From positions 80,042,001 through 80,106,000 of the forward strand of contig OZ320318.1 in the NCBI GenBank assembly GCA_976226885.1: a DNA stretch of 64,000 bases, written 5' to 3'. The position numbers and the translations under genes were made by a program. Source of the DNA: Iphione sp. A-MEVVRFRX5 (lineage: Eukaryota). The notes under the pieces were generated by a model. It had not been told where the DNA came from. It ran no database searches and saw only the letters and a program-made list of their open reading frames with translations. This document shows, piece by piece, positions 1 through 13,553 of the stretch (position 1 is the stretch's first letter; every line of letters begins with the position of its first letter).

Positions 1-1671
1 TGTTCAGAAGTCTGTATAATACTGTTTTTTCGTTTGGACGTAAAGGGTCTTGTAGCATAATTATACTATATAGAAGTGTGAGTTATAATATTAGTCTTTG
101 TTGGGAGGGATGGGACAGAGTGAGGAGAAGCACAAGTGCAACTATGTATAAGTATATATAAGACCATTGTTCGTATTAAATAAATATTCAAATAACAAAT
201 ATATCATATAAATAATAAACAAATATTCATATAACAGTGTATGTTTTTATGCATGCCTTGGGTATGCTCGTGTTTTGTTCCTCTTAGGAAAGTGCATGAT
301 CCTTGCATATTAGTTTCTATGTCTACTTGCATATCCTTAGCGAACTATATAGTATTTGAGCATATTGCAGTACATTTTAGCAAATCATAAAGAAGGTTTG
401 TAATTGTCCCGTTGTTTTTAAAAGTTATCCCTCATTTTGGAAAGATGTCCTCTTTTGGCTTGTGTGTAACCGTGGGTAATACTATATTTGTTGCATGGTC
501 ATAAGTAAGGTCCCTTAGATAAATGAGAAACCATGGCGTGGTAATATTCGATCAGCATTGTTCAAGAGACAAAATTATGGCTACATTTCAGCCGCTTGCA
601 TTTGATTTTACTGGTAAGATGGTATTATATATTAAGTAAATTTACTACGTGCGAGGTAGAGGATGGTGGCCGGATGATATTCATTAGGATAATGCCATTT
701 ATGTCCTTGGTTGACATATTGCTTTTGTTCCCGCACAATTCTTCTCATCTTCCTTGAAGATATGGCTGCCACGTAGTCAAGTCACGACCAGTGTCACAGG
801 AGGTGATGCCTGCAGGCTGATTGGTCAAGCTGACTTTTCATGGCAGCGAATTACTAATAGGGATACAACTTGAATAGTAGACCAACATTTGGGCCGGAGT
901 TCGAGAGAGTAATAAGTAATACACTGTTGATAGCAGACCACACTGATGTCCGAAATATGGAGTATAATTTAATAAACCTAATATTAAAACCAAGAATTCA
1001 ATTGAAAATTGGCTGTTCAGTAATGTCTTATTCACAACTGCAGATCATAAAATAGAATGCATCCAATTCAATTTACTACACATCTAGGTTCATATATATA
1101 GCTCGTACTTAGTCAAACAAAATTTCTGTTCACGACAAAATGTCACCGCTGATAACAAACATTTCACGATCTTTGCCAGAATCCCTACCTTTACAGGACT
1201 TAGCAAATAAATCACAATACTTGTGTATAGAGTGCTAGCTGATAAATTAGATCATGATTCAGTGCCTGAACCAATCTCAAAAAGAGAAAAGTCATCTTGC
1301 TTTAAAAATAGAAGGGAAACCACAAGTTAACTTCAAAATCCGATTATGAAGTTATAAAATAGTTTATTTGACTGGCCTAGTGAGTGAAATAGGAAACAAG
1401 GAAAACAAATGTTAATCTCCATACCAAATTTTAAGAACCTGTTTTATTGTTCAGAATCGTTTGGTAATATCATTTCCACTAATTTCTCTCCGATTCTCCT
1501 TGGATTCTCCGTTTTATTTCTATGTAAACAAGGGAAGCAATGTAGAGTAATGCAATAAATCTTGGCCGCTTGCCAGTTGGCCCTTCCAGACGTCATGCGA
1601 CCTTAACGCCCCACCAGACGAAATTTGTCCCCGAGGGGCGCGAAAACCACCGGGAAATGTCGTCTGCTCAC

Positions 1672-1723
1672 CTCATGAATGTCTCATGAGCTGCTGGCGG
1701 TCTCCGCTTGGATGTCGCTTGAA
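1672..1723 (-). other. Candidate isolated 52-nt exon, gene unknown
   Basis: Long pyrimidine tract ending ctctag, then AG|GTGAG donor. One frame is open (QATSKRRPPAAHETFM). No partner exons identified. Confidence 0.25.
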
Positions 1724-1908
1724 CTAGAGGGTGGTTGAATAGGCAGGTTAGTGGAAGGGAGCAGGCAAAGAGGAAATAGTGATGGGGGTCGTACGGCAAG
1801 TAGTACACACAAGTGGAGTTATGTAGTTGCAGGAGGTCGCGTGGGAGTGTACAGGTACGTCTGCATAACAAATGTGCAAAATATCGTTCTTTTGGCCTCA
1901 TTGTGTCC

Positions 1909-1912
<4 letters not shown>

Positions 1913-1967
<55 letters not shown>
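1913..1967. repeat. (CT)n microsatellite
   Basis: Perfect dinucleotide run; explains the ERERER/SLSLSL ORFs. Confidence 0.98.
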
Positions 1968-1970
<3 letters not shown>

Positions 1971-2144
1971 CTCGTTATATAAATGTAAGCGCCAAAAAAG
2001 GAAGCCCCTAGCATATATCAATGCAATAACTATACTTTGACGTTTTGAATTATTATTGGCAGGCATTTACTCTAAACCGTCAATTCAGGTTCAGGTGCAA
2101 TAGCAAACACATGTGTTAATGCGATATCTGTTGTGGGCTGTGTA

Positions 2145-2901
2145 CAGAGAGAATTCCAAAACCGAACGATCACCATTTCCGCCAAAATCGTTTGGTTTCG
2201 GGATAATTCAGATTTCAAATAGTGGCCTAAGGCCACTGTCAATTTCACTCAGTTAGGAGGGGCCCCAGGCCCTACCTAAAGACTATACATACCTACAAAA
2301 GTTAAATAAATGTATTCTAAACCTGAAATAATGGAGAGAAATCCCCCAGAAACTTACTTTTGACTATGCATACCTAGAAAAATTAAATAAATCATATCAT
2401 GAATGTGATCTATTCTAAACCTTTGGGGAGAGCAACCAGGCCAACAGGTGTTGACCGAGGTGCGAGTTCATCAAATGGTAGCATTTCCCTTTGATTTAAC
2501 GAAATTGGGGGAGAGCTACTGGGCTCGCAGTCAGCTCACTGGTCAAGGTGCGAGCCCTTCAAACGGTAGCACTTCCCTTTGATTATAACAAACCTGGCGG
2601 AGAGCAACAGGGCTTGCCGTCTCCAGTTCACCAAGGTGCGAGCCCTTCAAAGGCAGCAAACTTGGGAGAGAGCAAACCGGCTCATCGTCAGCTCGCTGTG
2701 CATTTCCCTTTGATTTATACAGAGCATTCAGTTTTTTAGTATCATTTTAACTAACTTTAAACAAATAATGGTGTTCATTTCGGATTTCGAATATTTCGGA
2801 TATATGAGAGTCTAAATAGAGAAAAACATTAGGTTCCCAGAAATATAATTCAGATTCGGGAAAATTCAGTTTTCAAGTGTTTGGTTTATGTCTATCCTCT
2901 G
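2145..2901. mobile_element. Tc1/mariner-type MITE with internal ~85-bp degenerate tandem repeats
   Basis: TA|CAGAG...CTCTG|TA with imperfect ~23-bp TIRs. Internal units ggggagagc...ggtgcgagcccttcaa...ttccctttgatt at ~2425-2720. A second copy starts at 30751. Confidence 0.65.
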
Positions 2902-4218
2902 TATATCCAATTTAGATGTAAGAGAAAACATTCATGTCCTGAATCATAGCCTACTACAAAACAACATGATGAGTTATCACAGGATGTTTCGGGGATTGTT
3001 CCTTCAAATGTAATGGAGGAGTCCAAGGCTTTGGGGAATCACTTTTCATCTCATAAGGATCATACAGTTGATGTCAGTGGTTCGTTATGTCGAATCAGAA
3101 AGCCTGAGGTTATTTTATCCATTCTCGTTGCCTAAATGGTTTGAAAATCATGATTGTCAAGGTTGTTGGTATCAGTCTTACAAACAGGTCTGTGTTCTAC
3201 GTCTGGGATAGGAAGTGTAGGTATAAGTTATACATTCTAGGGATTATTTGCATATGTTCATCTACATCCATAGCCTAAACTAATATATACCATTTAAGAA
3301 TGGACAATTTTCTGAGTTAGTCTTACCTGAATTTATGTTCACGTGTGAGATACAACTGCAGTATGAAAGATGTACTAGTTTTATAGACAATCTAGACTAA
3401 TACAGATCAAGAAGGGCTTATGAAAAATTCTAAATAAATCACTTTCTCATTTTCTTGCTCTTTCCTGGTGTTCTTCTATCCACTTTAGCCTCTCGGGGTT
3501 CTCTCTGCCTCTCTTTGTGTTTTCTCTCTCTCCTCCATTTATCTTATATTACCCAGAGGAGAACAAATTCGCGAGAACTCTCCTCCACTCGCAACCAAAG
3601 GTCACATATCTAAAGCCTAACGGACCGTCCTTGAACAGGAACACAGGTGGGATTCTTCCCATGATCGTCAGGGGAAGTGTGCAGACAGTGGTCCCTATTA
3701 CAGCGCTTCAGATCTCAGCTCTCTCACACAGCTGGAATGTTACTCAAGGTTTGGACCGGTCTATTATTCAACATTGACACATAACGAGTGTCTGAATAGA
3801 CAGTCAGAGTCTGCAATTTCATGGTAAATGGGTATTTGTAGGACTCCGTTTTCTGACTTCGATTTGTACACGAAGGAGAGTTACTCCTGTAGATACTTGC
3901 GGAAACTGATTTAAATTGTGTGAAACCTTATTTTTCACAGACATCATTCTGCAAAGTGCTCACAAATCGCCATGAATCATATAGTGCCCTACTAATTCAT
4001 TGTAAATCGTTATTTACTTCTTTATATTTCTTGTTGAATCATTATCAGAACCACTTGTCTGCCACCTTGTACATATACAGTGCAACAGAACTCTTTAAAA
4101 AGTACAATAGGAATAGCATTTGGAGTGGTTTCGAAAGCCTGTGTTTATCTTCGTAGTCAATAGTATATACAACATTAAGAAGACAGATGGGCATAATCAA
4201 AGAATGCCATAAGTATTA

Positions 4219-4593
4219 GCCATTCGCCATTTTACGTCATTACGATGCAAAATGAACTAAGACAATCATTGCAACTGGTAGACAGCCTACGACAGCTACA
4301 GGTCTGCCTACGACAGCCCACATGCTGCCTGTAAAAAAAAACAAGGGAGGGGGTGTCTTTCCAACCCCCAATCACACAGTTTTAGTTTTCTGATCTTAAT
4401 AAAATTTATATCAAATTAAAGCTAAGGTTCTAAGGAAGAATTTGAGCCATAGCATGGCTCTCTAGAACTATTAGAACTGATGCTAGAGCCCTGTAAAATT
4501 TTCCTGCGAACTCGCGATGTAAATGACGTAAATTTCACCGCGAGTGTAAACAACGTCATTTTATCCTAAAATGACGTAAAAAGGCGAATGGTC
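4219..4593. mobile_element. Unclassified TIR MITE
   Basis: ccattcgccattttacgtcatt at left and aatgacgtaaaaaggcgaatgg at right form an inverted pair; no coding capacity. Confidence 0.6.
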
Positions 4594-4873
4594 AATTATC
4601 ATTATAACCTTCTAACATTAGCATCAGGGTTACATAAAAGTTAACTCGATCGGTGTGTGAACTCCACCATGCACTTAATTTTTTTTTATTCCTGACCTGG
4701 AGAAAATGATATTTCTGAGATTCAAACAATAATTAATATCCAGTTAAACGTTAAAAATTATAGCTAAAATACATTGGTTTCTCTATTCCTATATGGTTAA
4801 TGTGGTAACCAAGTTGTGGAGTCTCTGGATAGTGAGGCTGAAGTGTATGTTCTGAGGTGTAATCAATAATTAT

Positions 4874-6538
4874 GTAACCCGTTCTGGCAAGATGAGTTTG
4901 AAGATACAGGTGCTAAAACTGAGATGTGGGCTTCTGAAGTCGAAAGTTGGTCAAATTATGCAAAATGGGATTTTGATTGTTTTCATATCTATTGCATCTG
5001 AAGCCTATTCTGTATAAAACATTAGACTCTCATGATAACTATAAGTGCTACCAATATGGCTCTCAAGTTGGAGGATGCTTGAGTGCACAAACACAAAAGG
5101 ACCTTCACCTGGGGCTATTTTCCCAAACTTGAGCAGCTTGCCTTGCAGTCCTCCTATCATCCCAGCCCCACCTCCCAGGTACCTGCTGAAAGAATGCAAA
5201 GTTCTAGCAAATAGTCCCTTCATATTTTGAAAGTGCATTCTTTTGGACCAATGACAAGGTGTTCTCATGTAAGTTGTTATGTAAACAATCATTGCAATGA
5301 AGGTCACATGTAGCAAATGTGGTGTCCTGATTGGTCGAGAGCCTCCCCCATGCTTTTGTTTGGTTCAGTTTCAATGTCTGACTCTGCTGTGAGCAGATGT
5401 GTTCCTCCACTCTAGTCATGAATAATAATTGATACAAATGGAATTAATGTAATGTTTGGAGGCAGAAGCATCAAGGAACAAACAGGCATGGCCATGGAAC
5501 AGGCCTTGGTGGATGCTGTAAATAACATCAGTCAGGCCAACTCACAAAGGTAGCTGCAGAAGCAGGATGGGGGAATTTAGTCAATGAGTACTCTCTCTAC
5601 AAGGAGGAGGTGGAGGAGGACATGGTGGAGGAGGATCCTCTTGCGGAGGTGGAAGAACAATTTGAGGAAGAGGAGGAACCATTAGCGGAGGTTGATGATC
5701 CACTGGTAGTCACCAATCCTATGCATGAGATCCTAAAATATTCACTATGAAAACTTCAGGTGAGTTTTTTTAATTCATCAGTTGCTTCCATCAATCTAAG
5801 AAAAAAACCTATCTAAAACATTGTCTTTCTAGTTGTAAATCCCCTTGAAGATTCTGAAGTATCTTGTGAACATGTTAGGATAGCTTTTCCATATTTCATT
5901 TGTATTTGGGGCCATTTTAGAATTTCTTAACCCATGACAAACTGAAAATTGGAACATTTCTTGTAGGTGTCCTTGAAAACACTATAATAATGATAACTGC
6001 AGCAAACAGTTCACAGTGAATGAATCGGCAGAGAGATGTCAGGAAGTTTTCTAGCTGTCCTCAGGTACTCATTATTTCCCAAACTTGTTCTAAAACTTGT
6101 TGAGACTAGTAGCAACCATTATGCAATTTTTAGTGAAGATGTATAGCTAGAAAAATCCCTTTAGTTTGATGTCTGCCAAAGATTATTGTCAACTTGTTGT
6201 TGGTTTTACCCATGTGAGAAAAAAACAATCCCATGTCAACCCTACCCATGTCCATCGGATGTCATCTATACCCATCTCTTTTAAGGGAAAAGGACATGCT
6301 ACTCCAAGGCATAATAAGCACTGTCACCACCATCGGTGCCATGACATTGACATAGAAGAAGAGGGAAAAGGGGAAACACAAGAAGCATGCTCCATGCAGG
6401 CACTATTTGGTTGGTTTCAAGATCATTTTGCAGGGACACCCTCATTAGATAGCTAAGAAATGGCAGATTTTGATGAAATGTAACCAAACTTTGATTTTTT
6501 CTGACTTCCAACTCATTTTGCCAGAACTGCTATGTCAT
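4874..6538 (+). mobile_element. Degenerate internally deleted Sola1-like element, same family as 52652-57060
   Basis: TIR remnants gtaacccgttctggcaagatgag and ctcattttgccagaac...gtcat|atat. Colinear homology to the promoter and exons 1-3 of the transposase at 52780-54360, with stops and indels. The catalytic exon 4 is missing. Confidence 0.85.
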
Positions 6539-8452
6539 ATATGTTTGGTAGTTAGATAACCATTGCTCCAGGTCAGACGAGTATACTATAGCAATAAAGT
6601 TAAATGCAGTTTGTCGAATTCTTAGAATCAATGGGGAATGTAGTACAATGCAAAGTGAATCATATATATTTCTACCTAATAATTCTGCTCGGTAATATTT
6701 CGGGGTGAACACTGTAGAGGTACAAAATTTTAGTATTAAAAAAAGGGTGGTGCAGGTACAGAATATTCTGCATAATATCACTTGTTCATAACAGGGAAGA
6801 CTATCCTGAAGAGTGGGGCCTTTTCCCTTTTTGAATATGATAGCCTTTTCAGCATTTTTCCTGTTGCGCAAACATATACGTTTGTGGCTTTTTCTTTTAA
6901 CCAGGAAACTAAGCTTCACCGGCAAAATCGAGCTGCGGGCCATCTCTTGGGCGATATAAGTACTGCATATAATCAAGGCGCCATCTACAACTAACCGTAT
7001 GAAGTAACACGTAATCCGAAGTGAGGCGTACTGCAATAACGTTGTTTGAATTTAATAGTCTTATTGTCTAAAATACATTTCAATTTTCTGTTTCAAAAGC
7101 ACCCTCAATCTCCTGCGTCTTTTCTCTCCTTCTCTTTTCTTATCTTGCTGTTTCCCTGACTCGTGGGAACACGAATAACACAGAGTAAGAACCTATCTAA
7201 GTCCTCCCTCCTGGACAATTGCGCACACAGGGGCGGGGTACGCACGTGTTGTAGAAGGGTATATTTCCTCCCAAGAACTAAATCCTTTTCAAAATACATT
7301 CTATTCAACTGACTCTGTGCAATAGTTAACCTGTTCATTATGTTACGTACCGGTACACATAATTCACACATTTTCATAATCATATCAGAATGGTTTACGC
7401 GGGTTTCCATGATTGTAGACAGGCTCAATAAAGATCATATTGTGGTAGAGATCTATTTGAATGGCATTGCAGCGCAGGATCTCGTGGTTTAGATGAGCAT
7501 TTGCGCTAAATGATATTTTAAACATTTCTTCACAGAATTTATCGTGGTTTGCTTCCTGTGTCTCATGCCTTCAATTTACCTTCATTATCATGTCGGTTCT
7601 TTTTAAGCAATAACCTTCACACCAGGCGTTGTGTGTTTACCGGTACTTCTAAAAGTGATGTATTTTCTTGTGTATTCACCCCTGTCAATTATTAAAATGG
7701 GGTTAGAACTATAGACGACTATTACAGTCTTAACTGCGTTATCAGATGGGAAATTGGGGCTGGTGTTTCACATGACGAATCATCTCAGCTACTGCTCTAA
7801 CCATTTAAATAATGATAATATACGGAAGAGCAGTGCTTCGTACTCTTACTTCAAACAGCAGATTTATTGTATGAGGAACATTGCTACATAATCAGAACAC
7901 TAGGTTAGTCGCACAAGAAGATATGTCCCTTCAGATAACGGACTCTTTGTATGAGGAGTAGTGTAAGGGCCAGTTTCCTTACATGCGGGAGAGTCTGGGA
8001 CAGTGCTTGATCCATCCATGTGTGTTTATGTGCGTTTTTGTTCAACTGCAATGTCATGTGCAAGGGTGTCCTAGTTTACAGTGCATTTGTGTGCAAGAAA
8101 TGACAAGGAAAATGAAAAAGTACAAATATGATGTTAAAGTCATAAAAAACAGCAAAATGACTGGAAAAAAATTTGAAAAAGGATGACGCTGTGCATAAAT
8201 ATGCGTACATGGGGGTAAATGAAGGTGAAACGTGAGTACAAATGAGTAAATATGGAGAAATAACAGTGCATTGCTGTGTTGCTGTCCGGAATTATTGGTC
8301 AGGAACCAAAAACCAGCACCAGACAGCAATGCACACGGACAGTTCCTCCAGATATGGAAGGCCCTAGACTATTGACAACCAGTTTAAAAAAATGCATGGA
8401 TATGCAGCCTAACAGACATGGACATCACCGCCGGTATGGAAATTGGGCCTTA

Positions 8453-8935
8453 GGCCCGGTTTCCTTGTGTCCGGAGATTTTTTCCATACCACGGACTGTG
8501 TGGTACGGAAAAAAACGAAACAATGAGATTGTACTAGAGTGTTTCCATGTATCAGGAGATTTTTCCCGGACCACGGACTGCGTGGTACGGGAAAAAAATC
8601 CGGTGCCCGAAAACGAACACTGCTCGTTTTTTTCCGCACCACGCACGCACACGGATCAGTAGGATACTGAAATGGTCACTTAAAGAAGGTAAAACATTGG
8701 ATAACATATGGTAGTTGTTGTGAATTATTTTGTATTTTGAATATCATTTGCATAAAACTGCACGATTTCCACCGATATGTCTCAATCTCCATGAAAAACT
8801 GCACATTTTCCACCAATATGTCTCAATCTCCAATAAAAACCGCACATTTTCCACCGATATGTCTCAATCTCCATGAAAAACTGCACAATTTCTATCAACA
8901 TGTCTCGATCTCCATGAAAAACTGCACATACTTTC

Positions 8936-8982
<47 letters not shown>

Positions 8983-9109
8983 TTCTATCTCTCTCTCTCT
9001 CAAATCCGCACACAAAGAAACCGGGTCTCTGTGCATGTCCGGAAAACAGCTCATTTTCCGGACTACACATGCAGTACAGAAAAATCTCCGTGCACATGGG
9101 TACCGGGCC
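8453..9109. mobile_element. PIF/Harbinger-type non-autonomous element
   Basis: TTA target duplication on both sides. TIRs ggcccggtttccttgtgtccggagattttt / aaaaatctccgtgcacatgggtaccgggcc. Internal ~42-bp tandem units (8757-8930) and (CTGT)n(CT)n. Confidence 0.8.
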
Positions 9110-9684
9110 TTACTTCATGCACTAAGTTCGTATATCATGGAATATTATTGCATGCACCAGACTCCTTGTATGAAGAACAGTGTTGTTGTACACACAAGAC
9201 TTCTTGTATAGGGAACAGTGTTACTGCACACCCTCGTGTAAGTTTATACGATGCAGCAATTCGACCCATTTACTTTAACTCTTAAAATCCTGGAGCTGAT
9301 GGTAGCTTTATACAATATTCCCACGGTCTACAAAATTCCTGGCCGTAAATCACATCGAACATGTAAAGGTCTGGATAAATATTACCACCAGTCAGTCATA
9401 TTTTATCTTGCTCAAAGTTTAAGACATATACTTGGCAAAAGTACATGTACGACATTAAATGTGAACACAGCTGTCAAGACCAGGGTTTACAGTCTTTTAT
9501 TCGTGCTGGGAATCCTCTAATCAGGACACCCTTAGTTCTCTCTGCAACCGTTTCCAATCAAGACCTACACCCAGTACAGATTTCAATTTTTATCTTTCGA
9601 AAATAGCACCAGTTTTTCTCACGTATGTCCCATTTGTAAGGAAGTCCTCATTAGAGTCATGTCAGTGAGCTGGCGTTCCGCATA

Positions 9685-9865
9685 CAGTGAAGTCTCTATT
9701 TACAACCATATCATTTTGTGACCATTATTTCTCTATTTAAGACCACTTTAGTTGGGAACAAAAATCCTAATTGCTATACATTTGATACTCTATTTAAGAA
9801 TAAATTTACCATTAAGACCATTTGAGCTTGGTCCCAAGTGGTGGTCGCAAATAGAGACTCCACTG
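9685..9865. mobile_element. pogo/Tigger-like MITE
   Basis: TA|CAGTGAAGTCTCTATTTACAACCA...TGGTCGCAAATAGAGACTCCACTG|TA; TA duplication and ~24-bp TIRs. Confidence 0.8.
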
Positions 9866-12244
9866 TACATGCAGGATCCCCTGTCGTTATCTGCAGACTT
9901 AGAATGGAGCAGTTTTTTTATAATCGTTATTTGTCCTGATACTCATATACATCACGCATCATCCAGATAATTTTTCTTATGGGACAAACTGCCATTTCCC
10001 TGGCAATGTTTTCTTTATTTACATTTTTCCTTATCTGGACCAATTTATCAGGAACAAAGGGGATCCGGATAGAGAAGCCTGACTGTATATCATGCCGATA
10101 TATGCGTATCGATCAGAAATAACCTTTGCTGGAATTCCATTTTCATATATGCAGCAAATTGTACGTTAGTGAGTAACAACATTGATACAAATACTACCCA
10201 AAATACGCATATGGGAACGGAATATTTATATTCTTGTGCTAAGTTATCCATGCTCTTATATATAGTTCCCAGCAGAAAGGTCGACCTGTAAGTTGGCCAT
10301 GCGCTTACTGAACATTTAAAGAAAAAGAAAATCATGTGTGCATCCTCGGCATGACTAGGCAAACTCTCTCATGGGGACCTCCCTGGTGATCAATACAGGA
10401 TGAAAATACATAGGAGATGTTGTAGTAGAAGCTTAGACATTGCGCTAGATTGGAATCAGAGTAAATATTTTCCCGATGGCTTAAGTATTTGCTTCGCCAT
10501 GCTGGCTTTAGTTTTGTAAACTAAGCATTGCCACTCAGACAGCCAACGTAAGCCCGTATAGGCTTAAAGGTAAATGTTACTGATTCCGCTGGGGACACTT
10601 AGTAGCAATTAAAAACTAACAAGGAATGTCCTTAAAAAGGCTGCCTCAGCGATGAAGTAAGAATTGTTTGTTAAGGGATGGCGAGCTGGGGGTAGCACAG
10701 ATCGTGTCAGGTCATATGATCTCATACAATGACAACAAACAAGCATGCTGTTGTTATACATCTACTCTACGCATCTACTTTCAAGATTAACATCACAATC
10801 TTTTCTAAAACTCTGAGTCGAGATTTTCATGGCTTGTGAATTGTGTTGAAGTGACAAGGAATGTCCATGAAATTCCAAGTTTGTACAATCATTCCACAGT
10901 TGCAAAACTGCTCTTGGTATTAATGCTGTGCTACTCCGGAATTTTGCAAGTAGCATCTGACAGGGGTGGATGGGAGCATGCTAGAGATATAGGGACATAG
11001 AGACAGGGACAATGAGACGTGTGTGAGATAGATGGCTTAATTTACATAAATGTGACTATAAAACTATAATTGATGAAAAAGTTTAAATGGAATCTGTGAA
11101 AATTGATGTATCACTGCATGAGAGGACAACATGTTTCACAGTCATGATATCTGTCAATAAAACTGTTCCATAGTGAATGATGTTAGCTATTTTGTCAGGT
11201 GACTTGTGTAATGAATCCATGTAGATGACATTCCATTGGCACTGTCGCTCTTGTGTGACCATATTAGAATTATGACTGTCACATGTCATTATGTGTTTAT
11301 GTAAATGTATCTACATTATATCTACTGAGAACATGCTGAGACATCTATATTTATTTTCAAAGTATATGAGAAAGTGAAGTACACTGAAACTATGACTAGA
11401 AACCTTTTTTTTAAAATTTTGAACATTGTACATGACCATAGCGAATGTATGACTGTCACATGGTGATGGGGGGGTGTGGCTATGTGACAGTATGGCAATG
11501 TGTCAATTGCGAGGCTTTTTTTATTCAAATGTAATGCAAATTATGTCCTCCTATCACACCTTCGAATAATCAAAAAGGGTAGGTGTGAATGATTCTGGAC
11601 CCATTCCTCGTGGTTTTTACAAATTGCAATGACTTTTCTCACATCTCTGCCATGTGTGAGGATGTTTAATACTTCCTTGAGCATTTCATCATTTCTGTGA
11701 CTTCCTCACATCTCCCCCATGTTTGAGAACTTCAAACAATTCCTATAGCTTTTCCTCATGACTTCTTGCGACTTTTCTCATACTGCCTTTCCTTTGAATT
11801 CCTAGATTTTGCAGTAAATGCTGATTTAGAGCATTAGCTTTATGTACACTGCCATTAAATATGTCTACGAGTGCTAGTGTATTGAAATGTACCATACTGT
11901 ATGATATTACATTGTATTATCAGTGACTACTACCAAAGATCTTTAGGGGAGATCAACAGAGCTTCTCTTTTTCTAGTTTTGTATATACAACCTTTACATA
12001 TGAGGGCTCATTATAAAGTTACTGACACAACGGATGGCATGACTGATCCTTAGATAATCCTGGTGTACTTCAGACTTTTTCGAGTATGTGCCTAACTGTC
12101 TATACAGTATTGACAACACATATCCAAACGCAGCACTCAGATAATACCTGATTCTGTGATAACAGATTAATGTGTCTATGAAGACCATTGAATATTTGTT
12201 TACACACATAAATATTTTCATGCCTATTATTTGTACCTGTGCTG

Positions 12245-13520
12245 TGTTACACTGTAGTATTATTGTAAGCATCCTTATATATATTGTTATATTGTGTAAA
12301 TATTGCCTGGTTATATTTGTAAGGTGTTCAGATGTGGGCTGCATGCCCAGGTATTTATTGTACAGTATGTCTTGTGGGGACAGAGTGCCCCCGGTATTGC
12401 CACAGTATTGCCCTGGTATTTTATGGGTTTGTTTTCTATAAATAGGGCTGCGTTGTTGTGATCATTGTCAGTTGTCTGTTGGACTTCCAGGGATAAACAT
12501 CAGAAACCAGATTTACTTGTTGACCTTATTTATTCAATAATGCTTCGACAGAGCAGACGTAACATTGGTGGCAGTGCAGGAGGTGTGGAGTAAGCCCTCC
12601 TCCCAGTCACCTTCCAGATCATGCCCTGATGCTAGGAGGGCCATCACCCTGCGATCCCCCTGGGAACAGTCTCAACCAGGCCGGAGGAAGGACAAGCTGG
12701 ACGCAATTCGGGCTGCAGAGGATGAGGTAATCTCTCTCAGTTCGAGTTCGGCGCAGAAAGGACCGTGGAAGGGGTGGCCTCCGATGTCCGGGGAGGAGGT
12801 GGCAAAGGAGGCATCCTATGGGAATCTCTCAGGCATGAAGGTGGGGTCAACTGCAACCTTCATGACTCCGCAGGGCCTGAGGCAGTACCTTCTGGTCGAC
12901 ACCTCCCCGATGTTGGTGGTGCCCAAGGGGACTAAGGCATCTGAGGAGCGTGCCTGTTGACTGCTGGAGGAAGTGGAGGCAGAGTGTAAGGCGGCCTGGA
13001 CTCAGATGGGTCAGTGGCCACCCCATACTTTGTCCATCGACTCGGAGGAAGCGGAGGAGCTCGAAGCGCTCCTGTCTGAGACAGGGGAGCATCAGGCGAA
13101 AGCAGATACTCCCTCAGTGGAAGAGCCTCCATCTGGGTTACAGCAGATGTGTCAGTAGAAAAGTCTGCAGAGGAGACTGCAGAAAGGCCTGTGGAGGAGG
13201 CTGTGGAGGAGACTGCGGAAAGGCCTGTGGAGGAGGCTGCGGAGGAGACTGCGGATCGACTGGGCTCGATGATGGAGGTAACCACGGGGCAGCAGCGTGC
13301 AGCAGCAGACCAGGCGGAGGTGACCGGGGGAATGGCTGACGCCCTACCCCCACTCGAGGTGTCTACCACTGGGGGGGACATGTCGGGTCCGGTGTCCCCT
13401 GTGGTGGAAGGAGGAGGGGCTGGGGCCAACACTCCGCCCCCAGTCAGGGACCATGTAATGACTGTGGAACAGGAGACGGGGCAGGCCTTGACTTCACACT
13501 GTTCTATGTCTTCATAGAAC
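12245..13520 (+). mobile_element. Truncated LTR retrotransposon: 5' LTR (12245-12564), PBS and degenerate gag-like 5' region
   Basis: TGTTAC...GTAACA termini and TATAAA at ~12437. tTGGTGGCAG follows immediately (PBS resembling the tRNA-Leu 3' complement). A GC-rich broken ORF with EETAERPVEEA repeats ends at a (GATA)n run. Confidence 0.7.
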
Positions 13521-13526
13521 AATATA

Positions 13527-13553
13527 TAGATAGATAGATAGATAGATAGATAG
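13527..13553. repeat. (GATA)n microsatellite
   Basis: Direct inspection. Confidence 0.95.

Noticed and set aside
6530-7430. 168-aa and 107-aa minus-strand ORFs
   Set aside because: No recognisable domain or splice context; the first starts at a non-ATG codon and ends in the Sola TIR.
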